DNA of 64,000 nt from assembly GCF_009914755.1 (NCBI RefSeq), contig NC_060927.1. One strand, given 5' to 3'. Positions 55,134 to 64,000 of the stretch are shown here, piece by piece. The position numbers and the translations under genes are program-made. Each line of letters begins with the position of its first letter. Position 1 is the first letter of the stretch. The notes beneath the pieces were generated by a model. That model ran no database searches, was not told where the DNA came from, and was given only the letters and a program-made list of their open reading frames with translations. This DNA comes from the human T2T-CHM13v2.0 reference genome, Homo sapiens.

Positions 55134-56099
55134 TTCCTGACTTCTTATATTAATAAGAAAAATAAAATGAAATAGTGTTGAAGTGTTGGTGTGGCAAAAA
55201 TTTTTGGGGGATGGTATGGAGAGAGAATGGGCGATGTTTCTCAGGGCTGCTTCAAGCGGGATTAGGGGCGGCGTGGGAGCCTAGAGTGGGAGAGATTAAG
55301 CTGAAGGGAGGTCTTGTGGTAAGGGGTGATATTGTGGGGATGTTAGAAGAAACATTTGTCGTATAGAATGATTGGTGATGGCCTGGATACGGTTTTGGAT
55401 GAATTGAGAAACTAAATGGAATAACAGAAGGAGAAAAACAGGTATAAAAGGTCTAAGAATTGGGACTACTCAGGATATCTGATTAGAGAGTGCTTAAGGA
55501 GATTCAGCATAGTCCTGCCAGAAAAGATTATTTATTTACTTCAAGAGTTAAGAGTGGCAGTCTGGGGATAGCACCAGGAGATATCAGCTGTGATGGCTTG
55601 GAAAAACAGTGTAAACCAGCAGTGTAAACAGGAGCAGGGCCTGTATGAGTAGTTGAGAATGGTAAATAGGAGTATGACTAGACAGAAGATAGTAGGGATG
55701 ACAGGTTTTTTGGGGCACAGTCTAAGTTGGTCTGGTGTCTGGAATGAGACTGGGGCCTAATAAAAAGGAGCGTCTATACAGGAGCTTAAATGGGTTGTAC
55801 CCTGTAGCATTCCGAGGACAGGCCTGAATTCTGAGAAGGGAAAGTGGTAAAAGTATTGTCCAGTCCTTTTTAAGTTGGTGGCTGAGCTTGGTGAGGTGTG
55901 TTCTTAAAAGACCTTTAGTTCATTCTACCTTTCTTGAAGACGGAGGACCGTAAGGGACATAAAGGTTTCACTGAACACTAAGAGCCTGAAAAACTGCTTG
56001 ACTGATTTGACTAATAAAGGCTCATCTGTTATCAGACTGTATTGAGGTGGGAAGGCTAAACTGAGGAATTATGTCTGACAGAAGGGAAGAAATGACTGC

Positions 56100-57900
56100 G
56101 GTGGCCTTCTCAGACCCTGTAGGAGAGGCCTCTACCTATCCAGTGAAAGTATCTACCTAGACTAAGAGGTATTTTAGTTATCTGACTCAGGGCATGTTGA
56201 ATAAAGCTAATTTGCCAGTCCTGGGTGGGGCAAATCCTCGAGCTTGATGTGTAGGGAAGGGAGGGGGCCTGAATAATCCCTGAGGAGTAGTAGAACAGCA
56301 GATGGAACACTGAGAAGTTATTACCTTGAGGATAGATTTCCACAATGGAAAGGAAATGAGAGGTTCTAAGAGGCAGGCTAGTGGCTTGTACTATAGCATA
56401 GCCTACCTTTGCTGGCGTGTGGCGATTAGGCCTGGTGGAACCGCCATCAATAAATCAAGTGTGATCAGGGTGAGGAACAGGAAAGAAGGAAATTTGGGGA
56501 AATGGGGTGAATGTCAGGTGGATCAGAGAGATGCAGTCATGGGGGTCGGGTGTGGTATCAGGAATAATGTGGGAGGCCAGATTGAAGTCTGGGCCAGGAA
56601 CAACGGTAATTGTGGGAGACTCAACAAAGAGTGAGTACAGCTGAAGGAGCCAGGAAGCAGAAAGTATATGCATCAGGTATGAGGAAGAAAATAGATTTTG
56701 GAAGTTGAGAACTGTAGAGAGTGAGTTGAGCATAGTTTGTGATTTTGAGGGCCTCCAAAAGTATTAGGGAAGCAGCAGCAGCTGCACGGAGACATGATGG
56801 CCAGCCTAAAACTGTAAGGTCAAGTTGTTTGGACAAAAAGGCTACAGGATGCGATCCTGGTCCTTATGTAAGAATTCTGACTGCACAGCCCTGCACTTCG
56901 GCTGTGTGTAATGAAAAGGGTTGGGATGAGTCAGGGAGAGCTAGAGTGGGGGCAGTTTCTAAAGCTGTCTTCAAGGAACAGAAAGAGGAGTGGGAAAAGG
57001 ATTTAGGATCTATGGGATCAGCTAGGTTTTCTTTTGTGAGTTTATATAATGGTTTTGTTAGGATGGCAAAACCAGGTATCCAAAGGCGAAAGTATCCAAC
57101 CATGCCCAGGAATGAAAGGAGTTGTTTTGTAGAAGGGGTTGGGGTTTGAGAGATCAGTCAGACACGATTGGCAGGGAGAGCATGTGTGCTTTTATGAGAA
57201 TTATGCTGAGATAGGTAACAGATGAGGAAGAAATTTGGGCTTGATTGAAGTAATGGGGGCTGTCTGTGAAGCTTTGTGGCAGTACAGCCTAGGTAATTTG
57301 CTGAGCTTGATGGGTGTCAGGGTCAGTCCAAGTGAAAGCGAAGAGAGGCTGTGATTAAGGGTGCAAAGGAATAGTGAAGAAAGCATGTTTGAGATCTAGA
57401 ACAGAATAATGGGTTGTAGAGGCAGGTATTGAGGATAGGAGAGTATATGGGTTTGGCACCACGGGGTGGATAGGCAAAACAATTCGGTTGATAAGGCGCA
57501 GATCCTGAACTAACTTGTAAGGCTTGTCTGGTTTTAGGACAGGTAAAATGGGGGAATTGTAAGGAGAGTTTATAGGCTTTAAAAGGCCATGCTGTAGCAG
57601 GTGAGTGATAACAGGCTTTAATCTTTTTAAAGCGTGCTGCGGGATGGGATATTGGCATTGAGTGGGGTAAGGGTGATTAGGTTTTAATGAAATGGTAAGG
57701 GGTGCATGATTGGTCACCAAGGAGGGAGTAGAGGTATCTTATACTTGTGGGTTAAGGTCGGGGGATACAAGAGGAGGACACAAAGGAGGCTTTGGATTGG
57801 GAAGAAGGGCAGCAATGAGATGTGGCTGTAGTCCAGGAATAGTCAGGGAAGCAGATAATTTAGTTAAAGTGTCTCAGCCTAATAAGGGAACTGGGCAGGT
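56100..57900 (-). pseudogene. pol: HERV-H pro/pol remnant
   Basis: ORF fragments 57355-57720 (RT N-terminal part), 56864-57103 (YFRLWIPGFAILTKPLY...APTLALPD) and 56621-56836. Broken by stops and deletions; outer limits approximate. Confidence 0.85.
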
Positions 57901-59475
57901 GGGGGTAACTAAAAAGGAGTGCCTAAAAGAGTATTGTCTAAGTTGGCACCAGAGTTGGGGAGTTTTAAGAGGTTTAGAAGCCTGGCCATCAATACCCACA
58001 ACAGTTACGGAGGCAGGGGAAACAGGCCTTTGAAAAGAGGTAATGTGGAGTGGGTACCCTCCATATTGATTAAGAAGGGGATGGGCTTACCTTCCACTGT
58101 GAGAGTTACCTGAAGCTCGGCATCCATGATGGTCTAGGGGGCTTCCGAGGAGATCGGGCAGTGTCAGTCTTCAGCTGCTAAGCTGAGAAGATCTGGGAAG
58201 GAGTCAGTCAGAGAGCCTTGGGCCAGAGTTCCAGGGGCTCTGGGAGTGGCTGCCAGGTGAGTTGAACAGTCCGATTTTCAGTGGGGTCCCACACAGATGG
58301 GATGCGGCTTAGGAGGAATCCCAGGCTGTGGGCATTCCTTGGCCCAGTGTCCAGATTTCCAGCACGTGTAGCAAGCTCTGTGGGAGGAGGTTCTGGAGGA
58401 ATGCCTGGCCACTGCGTTTCAGGCGTTTGGAAGTTCTTGTGTGCTGGAGATGTGGCTGGGGTTTGTCTCACAGTGAAGGCAAGGAATTGCAAATTTTTTC
58501 TATTATTGTACACCTTGAAGGCGAGGTTAATTAAATCCTGTTGTGGGGTTTGAGGGCCAGAATTTAATTTTTGGAGTTTTATTTAATGTCAGGAGCAGAT
58601 TGGGTAATAAAATGTATTTTGAGAATAAGACGGCCTTTTGACCTTTTAGGGTCTAGGGCTGTAAAGTGGCTCAGGGTTGCTGCCAAACGAGCCATGAACT
58701 GGGCTGGATTTTTATATTTGATGAAAAAGAGCCTAAACGCTTCTGATTTGGGATAAAGAAAGAGGAGCATTAACCCTGACTATGCCTTTGGCTCCAGCCG
58801 CCTTTTTAAGAGTAAATTGCTGGGCAGGTGGGGGAGGGCTAGTCACAGAACGAAACTGTAAGCCGGACCAGGTGTGAGGAGGGGAGGTGATAAAAAGATT
58901 ACAGCGTGGAGGAACGGAGGCTGAGGAAGAATTGGGACCTAGCTCGGCCTGGCGAGGAGCAGCCTGGGGAGGAAGGGAGAGGTCAGATGGGTCTGTACAA
59001 AAGGAAGATTAGAAAGACTCAGTGACGCTTGGGGTTGGTACTGAGGGGACAGATGGGAGGGAAAGAAGGAACATTTGGGATGAGTTGCACTGGGCACAGA
59101 GACTAGGAAGGGACTGATGTGTAAAAGAATGCCTGGACTTCAGGCACCTCAGACCGTTTGCCTATTTTACGACAAGAATTATTTAGATTTTGCAGGATGG
59201 AAAAATTCAAAGTGCCATTTTCTGGCTATGTGGAACTACTCTCGAGTTTGTATTGGAGTCAAGCAGCATTGCAGAAGAAAATAAGGCATTTAGGTTTTAG
59301 GTCAGGTGTGAGTTGAAGAGGTTTTAAGTTTTTGAGAACACAGGCCAAGGGAGTAGAAGGAGGAATGGAGGGTGGAAAGTTGCCCATAGTGAAGGAAGCA
59401 AGCCTAGAGAAAAGAGAGTAGAGAAACGGAGGGAAGGGGTTCGGGGGTTCTTACCTTCCAGAAAAGTGGGAAAAG

Positions 59476-59680
59476 GGGTTGGGGCACAGAGATAAGAGGT
59501 TGGGGCACAGAAATAAGGGATGGGGCACAGAAATAAGGGGTCGGGCATGGAAATAAGGGATTGGGGCACAGAGATAAGAGGTTGGGGCATGGAAATAAGG
59601 GATTGGGGTGCAGAGATATAAGAGGTTGGGGCGTGGAAATAAGGGACTGGGGCACAGAGATATGAGGTTGGGGTACTTGC
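59476..59680 (-). repeat. Tandem ~20-21-bp repeats in the HERV-H leader
   Basis: About ten units of ggggcacaga(g/a)ataag(a/g)gg(tt/at), followed by longer repeats containing ggggtacttgcccct up to ~59910. Confidence 0.85.
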
Positions 59681-60327
59681 CCCTGCTCTAGAAGAGCGGG
59701 ACTTGCCACTAAGAGTGAAGGAGAAGGGGTTGAGGGGTACTTGCCCCTCCCCCAGAAAAGCGGGACTTGCCGCTAAGGGTGAAGGAGAAGGGGTTGAGGG
59801 GTACTTGCCCCTCCCCCAGAAAAGCAGAGAAGGGGTAGAGACAAGGAAAGAAGGGGTTGGGGTACTTGCCCCTTTCCTAGAAAAGCTGGACTTGCCGCTA
59901 AGGGTGAAGGACCAAGGCAGGCATCCCTCCATGGTCTGACACCTTTGAAACATGGGTGAATAATCAGAGAGGTGTCCCTGCAATGATTAAACACCAAGGG
60001 AAGGCTGCCTTCCCAGTCCGTGACCGGCGCCGGAGTTTTGGGTCCACGGATAAAACGTGTCTCCTTTGTCTCTCCTAGAAAATGAAAGGAATTGAAATTA
60101 AGAGAACGGAGAGATTGAAGAGTGGTGCCAAGATTGAAAGGAGAAAGAGGTTGAGGGATAGTGAGGGAGGTTGGAGAAGAGAGTAAAAAGAGGCCGCTTA
60201 CTGGATTTGAAATTGGTGAGATGTTTCTTGGGCTGGTCAGTCTGAGGACCTGAGGTCGTAGGTGGATCTTTCTCATGGAGCAAAGAACAGGAGGCCAGGG
60301 GATTGATCTCCTAAGGGAGGTCCCCCG

Positions 60328-60345
60328 ATCTGAGTCATGGCACCA
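60328..60345 (-). promoter_or_regulatory. HERV-H primer-binding site (tRNA-His)
   Basis: - strand TGGTGCCATGACTCAGAT versus canonical TGGTGCCGTGACTCGGAT (two CpG-type changes). Confidence 0.9.
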
Positions 60346-60347
60346 AA

Positions 60348-60800
60348 TTTCATGTGCATCCGTGTGAAGAGACGACCAAACAGGCTTTGTGTGAGCAACA
60401 TGGCTGTTTATTTCACCTGGGTGTAGGTGGGCTGAGTCTGAAAAGACAGTCAGCGAAAGGAGATAAGGATGGGGTCATTTTATAGGATTTGTGTAGGTAA
60501 AGGAAAATTACAGTCAAAGGGGGTTTGTTCTCTGGTGGGCAGGAGTGGGGGTCGCAAGGTGCTCAGTGGGGGTGCTTTTTGAGCCAGGATGAGCCAGGAA
60601 AAGGACTTTCACAAGGTAATGTCATCACTTAAGGCAAGGACTGGCCATTTACACTTCTTTTGTGGTGGAATGTCATCAGTTAAGGTGGGGCAGGGCATAT
60701 TCACTTCTTTTGTGATTCTTCAGTTACTTCAGGCCATCTGGGCGTATACGTGCAAGTCACAGGGGATGCGATGGCTTGGCTTGGGCTCAGAGGCCTGACA
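60348..60800 (-). promoter_or_regulatory. HERV-H 5' LTR (LTR7)
   Basis: Adjacent to the PBS. TATA-like CCTATAAAA on the - strand and two ACAAAAGAAG blocks. Confidence 0.93.
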
Positions 60801-61237
60801 ATTACCACAGAGCAATTTAAAGTCAGGGCAAAATTTCAGATCTTTTAAGCAATTAAGCAGTTAGTTCATGTTCGGAAATATTACCTTCATCAAAATTAAG
60901 CATCACAGTCCTGTCTGAAGCTCTTATATATTAAAAACTCATTTTTAGTTTTACCTACGAATGTAGCATATTGCTTTCATTTACCTTTAAATACAAGGGC
61001 TGCTGTATGCTTAAGATAGGTGAATGTGATGTTAGTAAGTGATTAATAGTTATTTAAATACTCCAGACTTTATTATTTGAGAATGTCAATATGAATCTAT
61101 ACAGTATATAGTATACATACAGTATATACAGTGTTAGACACTGTGCTTTATGCTGAGGAGGCAGAGAAGAAATAAATACACAAACCCTGATGACAAAGAG
61201 TTGTTTTAGCTGAAAGATGGATTTTTAAAGATGGGTG

Positions 61238-61336
61238 ATTTATTTTATTTTATTTTAAGTTCAGGGGTACATGTGCCAGATGTGCAGGTTTGTTACATAG
61301 GTAAATGTGTGCCATGGTGGTTTGCTGTACAGATTA
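61238..61336 (-). mobile_element. Very short L1PA 3'-end insertion
   Basis: (TTTTA)n then aagttcaggggtacatgtg..gtgcaggtttgttacataggtaaa.gtgtgccatggtggtttgctg. Confidence 0.8.
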
Positions 61337-61744
61337 TATAGGGATGATTTATTGTATTAAAAAATACTTTCTGTGAGATGCTATGATTTTTCTCCTCACA
61401 GAAAATGGTATGTTTTCACCCACATCTAACCATAAAATACAAATTTATCCTCATAAATATGCTATTGCTTAGATATCAGTCTGCATCCCCTTGAAAGTTT
61501 TATTTCTTTTAGTATTTTCAATTAACAATTTTTGAATCATTCATGTGACATGAAATATGATTTTATATGTTAATAGAATTCATTGCTGCTAGTAACCAGA
61601 GTAAGACCAATTTATGTATTTTCTTTATAATTTTTCATTCTCTTACTATATTTTTGTGGAACATCCCCAAACTAGAAAGATGTGGACTTAGCCAAGTTCT
61701 GAGCACTTTCTCTTCATGATAAGGATGTGATTCAATCTCTTTGA

Positions 61745-62072
<328 letters not shown>

Positions 62073-62479
62073 GACAATAGTCTTTAGAGAAAAGCCAGTT
62101 TGTTTTTGGGTCTAGACTTCAAGATAAGAGTTTTTCTTGTTCTCAGTAATTGAGCAATTGGGGATGTACCTTCAAGATATTTCCTTTGCTTGTTGTCTCT
62201 GAAATACAAGGGCTATGGAAATTTTGGATAAAAACATTCAATCAATAAGTTAAAAAGCAGTGAAGTGTGCTTAATTAATCCGGCTGATTCACTGAGTAAG
62301 AGTTAATGTAATTGCCATTATCAGATGGAACATTTAGGCATACTTAGTTTAAAACCATTATTTTACTTGTGAAGTATCTAAGATTCAGAGACTTTAAAAA
62401 AAATGTAATAGAGTTCCCAGGGTCAGATAGTTACATAAAAGAAAACAACTTAAATCCACATTTCATTTATAGGTCATGT

Positions 62480-64000
62480 GTATTGATGTAGAAGTTAAAT
62501 ACATTAGCTTTCACTCTTTTTTAGTTAAATGCTCAGTGCAGAGTTTTGACAAGCATATACAGTCATGTAACCACCACCATAATCAATATATAGAATATTT
62601 GCATCACTGGAGAGTTCCACTATGCTCTGTTCTCCACCTTGCCCTAGGCAATCTCTGATCTTGTTTTTATGCCTATAGTTTTACCTTCTTCAGAATGCCA
62701 TACGATTCACACATTACGTATCCCTTTGTGTCTAGGTTCTTTCATTTAGCATAATTCTTTTCTATATTAATGAAGGTGTTGCACGTGTCAGTAATTCAAT
62801 TCTTTTGCATGAGGAACAGTATTCCATTGTAAGAATGCACCACAATTTATCCATTCATCAGTTGATGAGCTTTGAGTTTTTGCTATTTGTTTTGTTTTGT
62901 TTTTGTAGGTTTCAGCTATTATGAATAAAACTGCTATAAACATTTTGTACAGCCCTTTGTATGAACATATGTTTTCATATCTCCTGGGTACATATTAAGA
63001 AGCAGATTTGTTGCATCCTAGGATTTAACTTTATAAAAAACTGCCAAACTGTTTTCCAAAGATGTTGCATTCCCACAAGTCACATATGAAAAGTCAAAGT
63101 GCCGTGTATCTTTCTCAGCACTTTATACTGTCTTTTCTTTTTCAGTTTACTCTATCAGGTATCTTATTTTAGGTTAAATTTAATTTACATTTCCCTGATG
63201 ACTAATTATATTGAGCATCTCTTCAAATGTGCTTGTCATTCGTATCCATCTTTATTAAAATAGTTGTTCAAATCATAATCTTTTACCTATATATTAGTTT
63301 ATAATGTTAGCATTGAGTTATAAGGATCCTTTTTGAACTATGTCTTTATTTCTTTACTATATACTTGTCTTGCAAATATTTTCTTCCAATATGTAGCTTC
63401 TCCTTACATTTTCTACATATCTCTGTAGGGCATAAGATTATAATTTTGATGAAACCCAATTCATCTATTTTTTCTTCTATGATTCATGATTTTTGTGTCC
63501 TAAAAATTTTTGCTTAACCCTGCCACAAGTATTTTCTCCTCTGCTTTCTTCTAGGAATTTTATGATTTTTAACTCTTTATATTTAGGTCAATGACTTATT
63601 TCAAAATTTTTTTAATATGGTAAGAGAGACGATTCAACAATATTTTTATCATATTAAATACGCGGTCAAAAATTTCCAGGAATTTTTTTGTTGGAGGGTT
63701 ATCTTTTTTCCATTGAATTGATTTGTACCTCTGTCAAACACCAATTAAGCACATAGATATGAGTCTATTTTTATACCCTCTATGATATTCCATTGATATA
63801 TATTAATATTTTCACAGTAAGATCATATTCCCTTGATGACTATAGCATTTACTACAGTTAATTTTGTCATCAGGCAGTGTGAGTTCTCCAACTTGGTTCA
63901 TCTCTTTCAATATGACTTTTCCTGTTCAAGATCATTACATTTCCCACATAAATTTTAGAGTAAGCTTGTCAATTTCTCCCAAAAATAAAACAGATGAGAT
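62480..64000 (-). mobile_element. Ancient L1M (MB/MC/ME-like) 3' region
   Basis: agttttgacaagcatatacagtcatgtaaccaccacca, aactgccaaactgttttccaaa, catttccctgatgactaat, gtgtgagttctccaact; runs off the window. Confidence 0.75.

Larger units (their letters stand above)
54682..60800 (-). mobile_element. HERV-H provirus with two LTR7 (common internally deleted ~6-kb type)
   Basis: LTRs TGTCAGGCCTCTGAGCCC...CATGAAA at 60348-60800 and 54682-55133. 5-bp TSD attac (54677-54681 / 60801-60805). His PBS. Decayed gag/pro/pol (RT: SPYNSPILPV, LVQDLR, SVLDLKHAFF). Confidence 0.96.

Noticed and set aside
59324-60276. 219-aa and 167-aa ORFs and a spaced-repeat array resembling CRISPR
   Set aside because: These are HERV-H leader tandem repeats without unique spacers; the ORFs arise from stop-poor repeats in human DNA.

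Overview
Human genomic DNA (a human-specific AluYb8 is present). It is AT-rich, dominated by interspersed repeats and looks like a large intron or intergenic region. I find no convincing protein-coding exon; nearly all long ORFs in the track lie inside Alu, L1 or ERV sequence. A GC/CpG-richer stretch at ~0.9-1.3 kb may be an alternative promoter or first exon. The large elements are an old near-full-length L1 lacking its RT region (29.9-35.2 kb), a nested MLT1>THE1>ERV1-LTR stack (37.3-40.8 kb), an L1-made HERV-W processed pseudogene (47.2-54.0 kb, +) and a two-LTR HERV-H provirus (54.7-60.8 kb, -) convergent with it. The two most unusual structures are (1) a TSD-flanked insertion at 9.1-9.65 kb made of an Alu plus the 5' flank of another Alu 9 kb away plus a fold-back hairpin, and (2) a ~337-bp palindrome built from two inverted Y3 RNA pseudogene copies around a TA-rich spacer at 29.5-29.85 kb. 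Subfamily names come from recalled consensus sequences, mismatch counts are by hand, and the boundaries of old repeats are approximate.
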